A stretch of DNA of 60,779 nucleotides from a virus. The number at the start of each line of letters is the position of its first letter. The first letter of the stretch is position 1. The DNA is taken from the IMG/VR virus record IMGVR_UViG_3300045988_033451; one strand, 5' to 3'. Below the pieces are notes generated by a model. That model was not told the DNA's origin. It was given only the letters and a program-made list of their open reading frames with translations, and made no database searches. The translations under genes and the position numbers were made by a program. This document shows, in pieces, positions 18,541 to 28,140 of the stretch.

Positions 18541-19629
18541 CTACTCCTTAACCTTCATTACAAGCACGCTATCCATTCCCTCAAATGTAGGCAGACCAAT
18601 CATAGATACTACGCAATGAGTATTGATTGGATGATTTGTTGCGTATGTGTAAACAGATACACCTGTCTCGACAATAGACAGATTTCCGTCCGTGAGACTT
18701 CCGCTTCTCTCTTCTGGTGTCTTACCAAATACATAATCGCCAAGGAAAACGCCTGCTGTCTGTGCAGATACAATTCCTGTTGGCACAAAATACTTGGTTG
18801 TTCCTGTTTCATCAATATACAGTTTGTCGTATACCTCAATCTCGATTCCGTATCCACGAAGATACTCTGTAACTTGTGCCTGCTGCAATCTGATACCGCC
18901 ATTATAAGCTGTGATACCAAGCACCTGTTTCTTTGTATCCTCTGCCTTGAGTACCATCTCCCATGTTTCGGTGTTCATCGTAAATCTTGTAAGAGAATAT
19001 CCTGTAGCCTTTGCGAAATCTCTACGTGCTGTAATCAGATCATCAAGAGGTGCCGCTGTTGAAGGTTTATCCCATGTGCTTGTTCCTGTGATGGCTTTGA
19101 AGTGCTTTTGTTTATGTTCTGCTCCTTCATCCGATGTATAATCAACATAATATGGCTTGTTATCGATAACGACCTTTACTCTTGGAATACCATCTTCCGG
19201 TGCAAGCAACTGCCAAATCTGTCTCTCTGGTACAACAAGCGCACCCTCGATTAGGTTCATAGGTTTCTTGCTGATTTCTCTAAGTACATCATTTGCAAGG
19301 CTTGAATTTTCTGCGCTTCTGTAGTTATCGTAGTCCTGCTCTTCTCTCTCGGTAACCATATATGATTCCCGGTAAAAAGGCATTTCGTTTTGAATGTCAG
19401 AGAAACCACCAACATCTCTCAACTCTGCCTGTGCATCAAAGTTTGATGCCTTTAATGAAACCGGAAGTCCGTTCTTTCCCTTAATGAATCTAAGCGAAAG
19501 GGAACTCTGCTTTCTTGTTCCAAACTTTTGTCTGCCAAGATAAGGGGCAGAACCTAATGTCTTTTGGTAATTGTCCCACATCACACCGAGGCTTCTCGCT
19601 GTGAATGCTTCTGATAATGGTAATGCCAT
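18541..19629 (-). CDS. Major capsid protein (gpE-like family)
   Basis: 362 aa. The N-terminus resembles the capsid-E family as I recall it. Flanked by scaffold and decoration genes. Confidence 0.8.
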   Translation of the reverse strand: MALPLSEAFTARSLGVMWDNYQKTLGSAPYLGRQKFGTRKQSSLSLRFIKGKNGLPVSLKASNFDAQAELRDVGGFSDIQNEMPFYRESYMVTEREEQDYDNYRSAENSSLANDVLREISKKPMNLIEGALVVPERQIWQLLAPEDGIPRVKVVIDNKPYYVDYTSDEGAEHKQKHFKAITGTSTWDKPSTAAPLDDLITARRDFAKATGYSLTRFTMNTETWEMVLKAEDTKKQVLGITAYNGGIRLQQAQVTEYLRGYGIEIEVYDKLYIDETGTTKYFVPTGIVSAQTAGVFLGDYVFGKTPEERSGSLTDGNLSIVETGVSVYTYATNHPINTHCVVSMIGLPTFEGMDSVLVMKVKE

Positions 19630-19642
19630 GTTCTTCTACCTC

Positions 19643-19999
19643 CTAAACACTTTCTGTTGTAGCTTTAATTGCCGGCGCACCATAGAATGTTACTCTTGGT
19701 GTTGCCGATCTTGCTTTGTCTGTAATTGAAAGTCCTGTAACCTTAGTCCAGTCAATCGTTCCTTGATATACATATGTTCCCGGAGCATCTCCCTGTGTCA
19801 CATCAACGTCATGGAGTAAATATCCAACGCAGTTTTCGTCGTTACTTGGGAACGGCGTGCCAGCTTTTACAATTTTTCTTCCGTTTTCGTCTGGGCTTGA
19901 TACGGATGCCTGTGTTACAAGGCACGCTGCGCCTTCATACGGAAAAAACTTCAAAATTCCTTTTTCCTGAGAAAAATCTCTTACGATTGGTTTTCCCAT
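19643..19999 (-). CDS. Head decoration-like protein
   Basis: Lies between the scaffold and capsid genes. 118 aa. Confidence 0.45.
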   Translation of the reverse strand: MGKPIVRDFSQEKGILKFFPYEGAACLVTQASVSSPDENGRKIVKAGTPFPSNDENCVGYLLHDVDVTQGDAPGTYVYQGTIDWTKVTGLSITDKARSATPRVTFYGAPAIKATTESV

Positions 20000-20014
20000 C
20001 GTCTCTACCTCCTG

Positions 20015-20566
20015 TTAAATCACATAACCGTTTTTTGCGTCTGAATTAGATGCTGGATTGCCAAATGTTATTTTTTCGGCATTTTCAACATCTGCTGTTT
20101 TTTCTTTATCTTTGCCGCCAGCACTTCCACCGCCCGGAACATCTTGATTCTTAGCAATCTCCTGTTCCTTTGCTTGTGCAGCGGCTGTCTCTTTGTCGGA
20201 CATAATCTTTCCAAGAGATTCATAATCAAGGCTTCCATCATCCTTGACTACTGTCTTTGCCTGCTCAGCCGTAATCTTGAAGTTAGTCATGGCAGCTTCT
20301 CTCTGATCTCTAATTGCATTGTCTTTCTGTAACTTAGCGATCTGTTCATTTGCCGCATCCAAGGCTTTGTTTGCCTTCTCAACCTCTGTCAACTGCCCGG
20401 CTTCTAATTCATCAAGTTTCTTCTGCAATTCATCAGCTGTTCCAGCCTTTGCTTTATACTCATTAGCTTTAGCATTTGCTTTCTGAATTGAGCTTCCATA
20501 ATCTGCCATGATCTTGTCTGCGTTTTCGTCACTAACTCCCATAGCGATCAATTCTTCTCTTGTCAT
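20015..20566 (-). CDS. Capsid scaffolding protein
   Basis: GGAGGT RBS before MTREELIAMG. Charged coiled-coil sequence located between the portal and capsid genes. Confidence 0.7.
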   Translation of the reverse strand: MTREELIAMGVSDENADKIMADYGSSIQKANAKANEYKAKAGTADELQKKLDELEAGQLTEVEKANKALDAANEQIAKLQKDNAIRDQREAAMTNFKITAEQAKTVVKDDGSLDYESLGKIMSDKETAAAQAKEQEIAKNQDVPGGGSAGGKDKEKTADVENAEKITFGNPASNSDAKNGYVI

Positions 20567-20679
20567 AATTACCTCCGACATGTCATACGAATTTTTATAC
20601 GGTGCAACGACACCGAGTGACATTGCTGTTTTATACGCTCACAGCTTTGCGAATTTATAAAAATAAAAGCAACTACCGA

Positions 20680-22116
20680 TTATTCAGTAATTGCTTTATC
20701 TTTCTTATTAATTTGATCTACTATTTCTTGTGCTTTTGCTTTTTGTGCTTCTGCATCATCAATAGTCTTATACAGATTTTCGAGATACGGTTTCGATAAG
20801 TTAAATGTCTTTTCCGCGTCTCCCCACAGTCCTACTGTTGCTATCGCAATAAGGGGATGTATGCCGGCTTGAAGCAATACTGTAAGTGTTTGTGCCTTGG
20901 TGTACATATTATCCTGTGGGCTATGATTGATCTGTACATCAAAATCTCTTATTGACAACTTTAGATCGTTATCATTTACTCTAAGGATATTTAACACGAC
21001 ATTTGCAAGCCGCTTTTCTGCCGATTTAACAATTGGGTCTTTCAGCTTTGCCCTTGTCTTAGAGAAGTCCCAGCCATTACGAAGCTCTACGGCTCCCTGT
21101 GTATCTCCTCCGGTATTTCCTTGTTTGTTCGGTATTGCCAAAATAGATAGTGTATTATCCCATATATCATCCTTTGCTACTTGACATTGTGTTTGATTTA
21201 ATTCCTGTGTCATAATATCGACGTCGGATTTATTATCTCCATTGTTCGACTTAACTGCCAAAGCATGGCTTCTCTTCATTTTCTCGAACTCTGCTTCGTC
21301 GATTTGGCAATTCACGAATTTTATCCAATACTGCACAAATTGTTCAACGCCATCCATTCTATTGGACTGCATATTGTTTATCGCATCCAGCATACCAATA
21401 ACAAGCTCGATATCGGAAATTCTTTCGTGATTGTTAGGGAACTCAACAATCGGTATTCCACCGTATGTGTGAAGTTTGCTCTCAATCAATTTCCCATCTT
21501 GAATCTTATAAGATGTCGTGTCAGAAAACGCCAATTTATACCAATTTCCGTTTTCGTCTTTAAGTTCTTGAACGGAAAGCATCGGCTCTTCTGTGCTATC
21601 GTTATAGATTGAAAAAGTATTCATCGGCGTTGGTGCAACAATTAAAAATGGAACATCTGAATTTGCTTTAGGTCTTGCCGCCTTAAATGATGTTCCTGTT
21701 GCGGATTGCCACTCACCAGCTTTGATGTCTTTTTCTTGCTTGTTTGCATCTGCCATAAAATCATTGAGCATATCCACAGCCTTGTTGACTGCTTCATCAT
21801 CTTTTCGGCTAATGAATTGAATCGGCTCGCCGTAGGTCTGCCCCACTTTGAACTGAACAATTTCGTATGCATGATTTTCCACGATTCTGTTTGTGATATC
21901 TTCATTTGTTAACTTCTGTCGATACAAAATCGGTTGATCTCCCTTGTAATAATTCCAAAGATATCGGATAACAGATTTGTTGTAGTAAAATGTTCCAATG
22001 CATTCTCCAATAACTTTGACAACATTATCTGCGGTTATCTTATCAACGCTTGTATATGCAATTTTTCTTCCGTATCGACCTTGAACAAGGTCTTGTAGAT
22101 ACATTCTGTTATTCAT
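20680..22116 (-). CDS. Portal protein (SPP1 gp6-like)
   Basis: 478 aa, downstream of terL, with a typical portal N-terminal region. Confidence 0.85.
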   Translation of the reverse strand: MNNRMYLQDLVQGRYGRKIAYTSVDKITADNVVKVIGECIGTFYYNKSVIRYLWNYYKGDQPILYRQKLTNEDITNRIVENHAYEIVQFKVGQTYGEPIQFISRKDDEAVNKAVDMLNDFMADANKQEKDIKAGEWQSATGTSFKAARPKANSDVPFLIVAPTPMNTFSIYNDSTEEPMLSVQELKDENGNWYKLAFSDTTSYKIQDGKLIESKLHTYGGIPIVEFPNNHERISDIELVIGMLDAINNMQSNRMDGVEQFVQYWIKFVNCQIDEAEFEKMKRSHALAVKSNNGDNKSDVDIMTQELNQTQCQVAKDDIWDNTLSILAIPNKQGNTGGDTQGAVELRNGWDFSKTRAKLKDPIVKSAEKRLANVVLNILRVNDNDLKLSIRDFDVQINHSPQDNMYTKAQTLTVLLQAGIHPLIAIATVGLWGDAEKTFNLSKPYLENLYKTIDDAEAQKAKAQEIVDQINKKDKAITE

Positions 22117-22126
22117 TCTGCCACAC

Positions 22127-22318
22127 CTAAATAATCATTACTCCGCTAGAAACTTCTCTTTGCGGTCTGTCTTTTATCTTTATCTCGTTGTCTGCCGGAT
22201 TGAACAAAACTCTTTTACCGCATTTCCGGCAACTATATGTCATTATGAATGATGACCGCCCATCATAGATGCCAACCTTACGTTTGCATCTCGGACAGTA
22301 AATTGTTTTACTTTTCAT
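22127..22318 (-). CDS. Zinc-ribbon small protein
   Basis: CPRCKRK...CRKCGKR. Confidence 0.55.
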   Translation of the reverse strand: MKSKTIYCPRCKRKVGIYDGRSSFIMTYSCRKCGKRVLFNPADNEIKIKDRPQREVSSGVMII

Positions 22319-22342
22319 CCTATGCTCCTAAAAAATTGCATT

Positions 22343-22371
22343 AAAAAAGCACCGTGATAGCGCCACGATGC
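22343..22371 (-). terminator. Rho-independent terminator
   Basis: GCATCGTG...CACGGTGC hairpin followed by T6 on the minus strand. Confidence 0.55.
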
Positions 22372-22462
22372 TTTTCCAAGGATTTTTCTATGAAAGAAAT
22401 TGAAATGTCTTTAGACAACATTTGCAGTTTAACTATATAATACTTTTGATGATGAAACAATA

Positions 22463-22510
22463 TGCAAATGTGTGCAAAATAGTGCAAATGTACGCAAATT
22501 TACGCATAGT
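22463..22510. promoter_or_regulatory. Five 10-bp-phased (T/C)GCAAA(T/A) boxes
   Basis: GCAAA at 22464, 22474, 22484 and 22494, with a degenerate copy at 22504. They lie between the regulator gene and the portal operon. Confidence 0.45.
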
Positions 22511-22925
22511 ACAATCTTCCGAACATTTTTTCAAATGTTTTCATTGCATTTGCCTTGATTGCATTTACTTTTCTGATACTACAATCTTTGAATTTTGCAC
22601 ATTCCTTCATAGTATATCCGTCAATGAAGTACAGATGCAGTATCTCGTATTGTTCCATATCTTCCATCTGGTCGATCTGCTTAATAATCTCTTGTTTCTT
22701 AGACACGTAAATGTCAATCAAACAGTCGATTTCTTTCTCCGTGTCAATAATCTTTGCAACGGTGTCACCCAATTTGTCACGCTTAATAGAAGTCTGCACT
22801 CGTTCGCCATCACCGGTGCCACCTGTAGATGTCGCAATTTCACGTAACCTGTTTTTTTCTGCAATCTTCCGGTCAATTTTAATGTCAAATTCTTTAATCT
22901 GTGATAGATATTTTGCCGTTGTCAT
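22500..22925 (-). CDS. Late-gene transcriptional regulator candidate (sigma70 region-4 / ArpU-RinA-like)
   Basis: Coiled-coil N-terminus and a C-terminal HTH (YFIDGYTMKECAKFKDCSIRKVNAIKANAMKTFEKM). Confidence 0.55.
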   Translation of the reverse strand: MTTAKYLSQIKEFDIKIDRKIAEKNRLREIATSTGGTGDGERVQTSIKRDKLGDTVAKIIDTEKEIDCLIDIYVSKKQEIIKQIDQMEDMEQYEILHLYFIDGYTMKECAKFKDCSIRKVNAIKANAMKTFEKMFGRLYYA

Positions 22926-24740
22926 TTAATAGCCTCCTGTTCTAAACGGATTTGCCGTTGCTGTTGCCGTTGCAAGATTATTTGGATTCTCGATAAACAT
23001 TTCAAGCTGTGTAAGTCCATCGGCAGCATCATCATGTTTGTTCTCTCCGATTGATACAAACATGGTCAATTCGTCCATGGCCGCTTGATATTCGTCGTTT
23101 CTTCGATATCGGACAACTCCTAATTCTGCATCTTTCTGTAACTGATCCTGCGTAACCTTTTTTGATTCAAGGAAAATAAATTTTCGTTTTATGTCGCCAG
23201 AATACGCTATGATTTTTGATAGCTTTTCAATTTTGTTCGGTGCCTTCCTACTTGTACACGAACATTTATATTTCTGATCCTGTAACCGTTCATCAACATA
23301 TTGACAATATAATTCTCCACCCGTGTTTCCCTCAAATCTTGTTTGCCTTATTCCGTTTCCTATAATTCTTCCTACCACCAAAGGCAATGTAACCTCTTTT
23401 GCTCCTTTATTGAACACCCAATCATAGATATATACATCTCCGTTATCATATTCTGCACCAATCGGCATTGATAAGCTATCTCCGCCGCCCCATGCAACAT
23501 CCACAACTCCAATACGGCGAAAATCTCCATCCGGCAATATTCCGTTGAAATATCTTAATTCGTCCGTAGGGAAAAGCAATCCCTCACGCACAAATGGTCG
23601 CTGCATAAATTTAGCTTCCCATTCAGCCTTGTCAAGTTTCTCTCTCATATCCCTGTAATATGCCGTAGAAAAACCATTTATTTCATAATCAAAATTACTT
23701 TCGTCGTTTTCATCAAGTGCCGGTATTCTTCTAAATCTGTACTCTGGATTTCCGTCATAAGATTTTCGTAATCGTTCCAACGGATCAAGGACATTCCATA
23801 ATGTACCGACCATCAGTTCTCTTGCTCCATCGTTTTTACGGTCAACCATCTTATTCAGATATTCTTGATACGTATTTTCCATTCGAGTAGGACTAAGGGA
23901 ATGTTCACGATCTCTTACCAAGTCATCCACATATAAATATCCATCTTTTGATACATCAACAGCACCGGTCCATGTTCCGTCAATACCTCGACAAGTAACT
24001 GTTGCGAATCTATCTGGATCACCCAAAGTAATTGTAAATTCATCCGCGCTTTTGTCTGTTACAAGAGATTTATTTGCATATTCTGGATTCCAAAAGAAAA
24101 ATAATTCATCAAATGCATATTCTTCTGTCGAAAACAAATTCATAAGTTCCTTATAAAATCCTTTTGCAAGGATTCCAGAGTGTCCTCCCATTGCAGAGTG
24201 GCTATTTGGTCTACGCATTGCAACCCAGGCAAGGAAGAATATGCATATTGTTGATTTTCCGACACGGGATGGCATTGACAAGCCGTAAAATTTGATCTTT
24301 CTGTTTTCCAAATCTTCAAGGTCATTTACAACAACCTTCAAAGTTTTTCTTCTTGGATAATAAAACCGCTTACTCCAATTACGTTTGCGCTCCATATAAT
24401 ACATAAAGCTCTCAAAATTGTAATAGCTTTCCAATTTTAGAAGTTCATAATATTTGTCTATTAGGTCATATGGCGTATTATGATCTTGTGCATATTTCTC
24501 TAAATCCCATATAGTTCCGCCTGTCTGTTTCATGCAGAATTGCTCTATAATGCCCTTAGACCGCTTTGTAAGTTGTAACCCATACTCAATATCCTTTTCG
24601 CCATTTATAGCCACCTTACAGGCTTCAATGTATGCAGATATTACGGATTCATCGACCAAATGTGTCTTTATAAAATTGTCATATTGATTTACTGTGTTGA
24701 TTAACTCTTTGGATGCCAAAGAAAAAGCACCTCCGCTCAT
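22926..24740 (-). CDS. terL: Terminase large subunit
   Basis: Walker A-like motif SMPSRVGKST. 604 aa, upstream of the portal gene. The start could instead be the TTG 18 nt downstream. Confidence 0.9.
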   Translation of the reverse strand: MSGGAFSLASKELINTVNQYDNFIKTHLVDESVISAYIEACKVAINGEKDIEYGLQLTKRSKGIIEQFCMKQTGGTIWDLEKYAQDHNTPYDLIDKYYELLKLESYYNFESFMYYMERKRNWSKRFYYPRRKTLKVVVNDLEDLENRKIKFYGLSMPSRVGKSTICIFFLAWVAMRRPNSHSAMGGHSGILAKGFYKELMNLFSTEEYAFDELFFFWNPEYANKSLVTDKSADEFTITLGDPDRFATVTCRGIDGTWTGAVDVSKDGYLYVDDLVRDREHSLSPTRMENTYQEYLNKMVDRKNDGARELMVGTLWNVLDPLERLRKSYDGNPEYRFRRIPALDENDESNFDYEINGFSTAYYRDMREKLDKAEWEAKFMQRPFVREGLLFPTDELRYFNGILPDGDFRRIGVVDVAWGGGDSLSMPIGAEYDNGDVYIYDWVFNKGAKEVTLPLVVGRIIGNGIRQTRFEGNTGGELYCQYVDERLQDQKYKCSCTSRKAPNKIEKLSKIIAYSGDIKRKFIFLESKKVTQDQLQKDAELGVVRYRRNDEYQAAMDELTMFVSIGENKHDDAADGLTQLEMFIENPNNLATATATANPFRTGGY

Positions 24741-24825
24741 TAAAGCAGAGATGCCAAAAAGAAATCTCTGCCTATAATTTTTCTAGGGTAGCGACTGAAA
24801 CTATTTATCAGCCGGTAATTGTGAT

Positions 24826-25029
24826 TTACCAAAATTTTATGTTTGATTTTGTCACATCAATTTTTCTTGTCATTTCAATTTCTGTTCCATTTTCATCTTT
24901 TGTTCTAACGCAAACTTCCGTAGTAGCGTCTCTATTCCGATTGTCGAACCATATTTCTGTTTTCCTATCCTCGAACGGATAGCACTCTCGCATTTTCTCA
25001 ATGCAGTTATTCATTTCTGTTATCTTCAT
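24826..25029 (-). CDS. Hypothetical protein
   Basis: ORF in the operon context. Confidence 0.45.
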   Translation of the reverse strand: MKITEMNNCIEKMRECYPFEDRKTEIWFDNRNRDATTEVCVRTKDENGTEIEMTRKIDVTKSNIKFW

Positions 25030-25039
25030 AACCTCGCTC

Positions 25040-25573
25040 CTAACAGTTTATTTTTATTCCCTCTGTCAACACTTCTGTCTTATCATCATTCAGAATCACA
25101 TTTCCGTTTTCATCCTCTTTATGCCATTGAGCATCGACAGTAATCATCGGATTACTGTCTACATGACCGCTAAAGTGTAATTCCATATCGGTGCATTTTA
25201 CCTTTTCACCATCAATAAACACTTGTGCCGTTTCGCCATCAGATATTATCTTAATTTTTTCTTTCATCCCTCCACACACCCTTTCTGGAAATTCGCAAGT
25301 TTCAATTTTTTCTGTCGATTCACCAATTTCTTTTTCCCTATCAATCGGTTCCCATCTGTAAGCAGATTTCCAGTTATCCTCATACCACCTATCCATTTCT
25401 CCGATAACTGAATTTGCATAATATGTCGGTTTACTCATTGTTTTTGTTCTACTGCATAAAACCTCTTGATAGTTTTCGACAATAAACTCGCATTCAGCTC
25501 CGTTATACTCATAATCTTTGTAGAATCTATAAAACGATTTTAGATTCTTGATGAATTTAATTAGTGTTTTCAT
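25040..25573 (-). CDS. Hypothetical protein
   Basis: ORF in the operon context. Confidence 0.5.
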   Translation of the reverse strand: MKTLIKFIKNLKSFYRFYKDYEYNGAECEFIVENYQEVLCSRTKTMSKPTYYANSVIGEMDRWYEDNWKSAYRWEPIDREKEIGESTEKIETCEFPERVCGGMKEKIKIISDGETAQVFIDGEKVKCTDMELHFSGHVDSNPMITVDAQWHKEDENGNVILNDDKTEVLTEGIKINC

Positions 25574-25785
25574 TCTACCACCCCATATTTGTCAATCAAT
25601 TCATCAGTTATTTTCTCGACATTTTTTATATCATCTTTGTCATATCCGAAAACAGGAGGATATAAACAATGATATTTAGCTGATTCTGTTTCTCCTGTGC
25701 TAATTTTGCGGACTGTTACCTCAACTTCCATTCCTTCAAAAGTAGTTTCATATGAAACGCCACGTTCTTGTCCTGTAAATTTCAC
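25570..25785 (-). CDS. Hypothetical protein
   Basis: ATGA overlap coupling with its neighbours. Confidence 0.5.
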   Translation of the reverse strand: MKFTGQERGVSYETTFEGMEVEVTVRKISTGETESAKYHCLYPPVFGYDKDDIKNVEKITDELIDKYGVVE

Positions 25786-25982
25786 TCTTCCACCAGCTTT
25801 CTACCGCACACAGGGCAATAATTTACATCTATCGTTCCAGGACATCCGCTATCGCCTGTATTTATGTACAAGAAAATTGTTCCATTTTCATTCGCAATAA
25901 AATCCTCTTGCGTCATAAGTGCATCCAAAAATCCTGTTTTAACATCAACTATTTTTCTACATAAGTCACACATATCTCTCAC
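25782..25982 (-). CDS. Zinc-finger small protein
   Basis: CDLC...CPVCG. Confidence 0.5.
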   Translation of the reverse strand: MRDMCDLCRKIVDVKTGFLDALMTQEDFIANENGTIFLYINTGDSGCPGTIDVNYCPVCGRKLVEE

Positions 25983-25984
25983 TC

Positions 25985-26857
25985 CTATATTCGTTTCATG
26001 TAAATATTCTCTCTGATCTTCCCGGAAAAGAAATGCTGCAAACTCTTAGATACGCGCCTGCCATTCATCTTGTAGTCGGTTGCAAAATAATCATCAATCA
26101 TCCACATATAATCTTCTGCTTCACAATCAACTACTTTGCCGGTCGGGTGGAAATACGCATCGACGATACTCTTAATTGCGCTGTCTGATACGTCTATATG
26201 CCTTATATCCGATTCTTTTTCGTATCTGCTGATGAAATATTGAATAATGTTTCTAAGGTCGATTATTCGGCTTCCTAACGTGTTCGGTTCTGCATATTGA
26301 CCGATAAGATACGGAACATCCTCTATCCGATATTTAACATTGCTTTGCCCGACTGCCTTTTCGTCAGAAAAGCATAATGTTCCTTTTCCTTTAGGAAAAG
26401 CATAAGAGTAATCTTTAGTAGTATTCTTTGGTATTGGTCTGTCATATTGTCCTTCTCGACAGGACATTTTGTCCTCTTCGGAGATTTTATTAGAATCATA
26501 AGCCTTTATCATCTCTTCAAGCACTTCAAAATCTATTGAATACCACTTTGTTTTATCAATGCACATCTTGTTATAATTTGCAGAAATAACGATTCCTTTG
26601 TTTTCAAGACGTGTGAATGTTCTTTGTATTGTTTTTTCACTCCAATAAGGGAAATCATTTTCTCTCCACTCCGCATAAGAGTTATAAACCCAATATTTCC
26701 CATCAATAAAATTCTTGTCAGCCTTTTTGTTGATTTCAAGCCAATAATTTAACTGATTAAGAATTATTGCTTCGTTCAGATCGCCCAATACAAGTGCTAA
26801 ATCTGTATTTACAATAAGTGTCTTTGACTTATCTATAAATAAATCTCTCAAATTCAT
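25985..26857 (-). CDS. Winged-helix DNA-binding protein (replication-organizer/DnaD-N-like fold)
   Basis: AIILNQLNYWL...DGKYWVYNSYAEWRENDFPYWSEKTIQRTFTRLENKGIV pattern. Confidence 0.5.
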   Translation of the reverse strand: MNLRDLFIDKSKTLIVNTDLALVLGDLNEAIILNQLNYWLEINKKADKNFIDGKYWVYNSYAEWRENDFPYWSEKTIQRTFTRLENKGIVISANYNKMCIDKTKWYSIDFEVLEEMIKAYDSNKISEEDKMSCREGQYDRPIPKNTTKDYSYAFPKGKGTLCFSDEKAVGQSNVKYRIEDVPYLIGQYAEPNTLGSRIIDLRNIIQYFISRYEKESDIRHIDVSDSAIKSIVDAYFHPTGKVVDCEAEDYMWMIDDYFATDYKMNGRRVSKSLQHFFSGKIRENIYMKRI

Positions 26858-26980
26858 TTTATATTACCTCCTGTGAAAGATAACAGCACTCCACTTGTGC
26901 TTAGAACCTGTGAACAACAAATCAGCAAACAGACGGTCACAGTTCCGCTTTTCGCTTCGTCAAGCTAGTTTGCTGTAAAG

Positions 26981-27063
26981 TGTAGCAGGTGGATTCGAAC
27001 CACCATCCGGCTTTCATCGTTGTTTTCTGTGCGCACGCCACTCTACCATTGAGATATGCTACA
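26981..27063 (-). ncRNA. tRNA-like element A, with good acceptor, D and T arms but no anticodon stem
   Basis: TGTAGCA/TGCTACA acceptor, GGTGG-TTCGAAT-CCACC T arm, and a 34-nt middle with only 3-4 bp of pairing. Confidence 0.4.
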
Positions 27064-27339
27064 ATGTGCGGTTTCCGATGCAGACATTGTAACCGGTGTG
27101 GTATGCCATGCATCGGAATTTTTTTATTTCAGCAGGGATTACTGCAACGCCTGCTTATTCGGGACTACCCGACCGCTTGATGCGGCGTGGATTTGCACCA
27201 CACATATTCTTCTATAGCAGAACAGACACCCTCCGGGTCCTGCTTACCTATTTGCATACGCATCAACTGAAAAGCAAGATGGTTTTACGGATGCAAAGAT
27301 AACCAACAACTAAGCTCCGAGGTTCATTGCTTTTTCAAA

Positions 27340-27430
27340 CGCCGACAATAGGACTTGAACCTATACGCCGCATAAGCGACTACTGACAGTTTAGCAAACT
27401 GTTCCCTTACCAAATTAGGGTTATATCGGC
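27340..27430 (-). tRNA. tRNA-Ser (GCU), class II
   Basis: GCCGATA/TGTCGGC acceptor, ACAGT-TTGCTAA-ACTGT anticodon arm, 21-nt variable arm and ATAGG-TTCAAGT-CCTAT T arm. No CCA is encoded. Confidence 0.75.
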
Positions 27431-27496
27431 AAAACACCGCCTGTTACGGTATGCACATCCGAAAATGTGCATGGTTGGATTCCACAACATTGGGAG

Positions 27497-27523
27497 AAAC
27501 AAAAAATGTCCCTTTGCAAGGGA
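27497..27523 (-). terminator. Rho-independent terminator after tRNA-like B
   Basis: TCCCTTGCAAAGGGA hairpin followed by CATTTTTTGTTT on the minus strand. Confidence 0.5.
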
Positions 27524-27597
27524 ATCGACACGGAAGATTCGAACTCCACCTATATCGCAATATGCGAATTATGCTATCCAATTACACTACATGTCGA
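27524..27597 (-). ncRNA. tRNA-like element B, cloverleaf-compatible but with a 5-nt (ATATT) or non-canonical 7-nt (CAUAUUG) anticodon loop
   Basis: TCGACAT/GTGTCGA acceptor, TGGAG-TTCGAAT-CTTCC T arm and TCGC-ATATT-GCGA anticodon region. If it is a tRNA, the anticodon would be UAU with A33. Confidence 0.4.
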
Positions 27598-27789
27598 AGC
27601 GACTTTTTTCGCCGCGGGTTAGTCGAAATTGTGTGGCGCACGCGTGAACACCGCGCAAAATCCAAGACTGTTCGTTAGTCAATTATCGCGAATCAGTGAC
27701 ATAGAATCAGACAAGATATTACACTCACAACCCGATAAAAAATAGTTTGTTGCGTCAAAACGTATTCGTGGGTATGCAGGTTGTGAGAT

Positions 27790-27873
27790 ACGAAGCACCC
27801 GGAATCGAACCGGAATTTACGGGAAAACGTGGGGTGTGTAAAACCGTATGATCTGCCATTGATCTATGCTTCG
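27790..27873 (-). ncRNA. tRNA-like element C, with perfect acceptor, D and T arms and a 5-bp anticodon stem closing a 21-nt loop
   Basis: CGAAGCA/TGCTTCG acceptor, GATC-AATGGCA-GATC D arm, TACGG[TTTTACACACCCCACGTTTTC]CCGTA anticodon region and TCCGG-TTCGATT-CCGGG T arm. Confidence 0.4.
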
Positions 27874-28060
27874 TGTGCGCATCCTCTTGGGGAGACAGAC
27901 GCGCAAAAGGAGAAATGTGTGTTCCCCATGGAATAAAGGGGTTTATACGCGCCGGCATTCAACCGGCAAAACCCACCGAGCCTTGTGACGGCTCTTAACA
28001 GCTTTCCGCTAGTGGGTTACGAAAGGAGGATCCTAAAATGAAAAACATTAAGAATCCAAG

Positions 28061-28132
28061 CTGCCCTAGTTGGATTCGAACCAACAACTGCAGGAATCAA
28101 AGTCCTGTGCCTTACCATTTGGCGATAGGGCA
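28061..28132 (-). tRNA. tRNA-Gln (UUG)
   Basis: TGCCCTA/TAGGGCA acceptor, CAGGA-CTTTGAT-TCCTG anticodon arm and GTTGG-TTCGAAT-CCAAC T arm. Close to the Bacillus tRNA-Gln as I recall it. Confidence 0.85.
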
Positions 28133-28140
28133 TAAAACGC

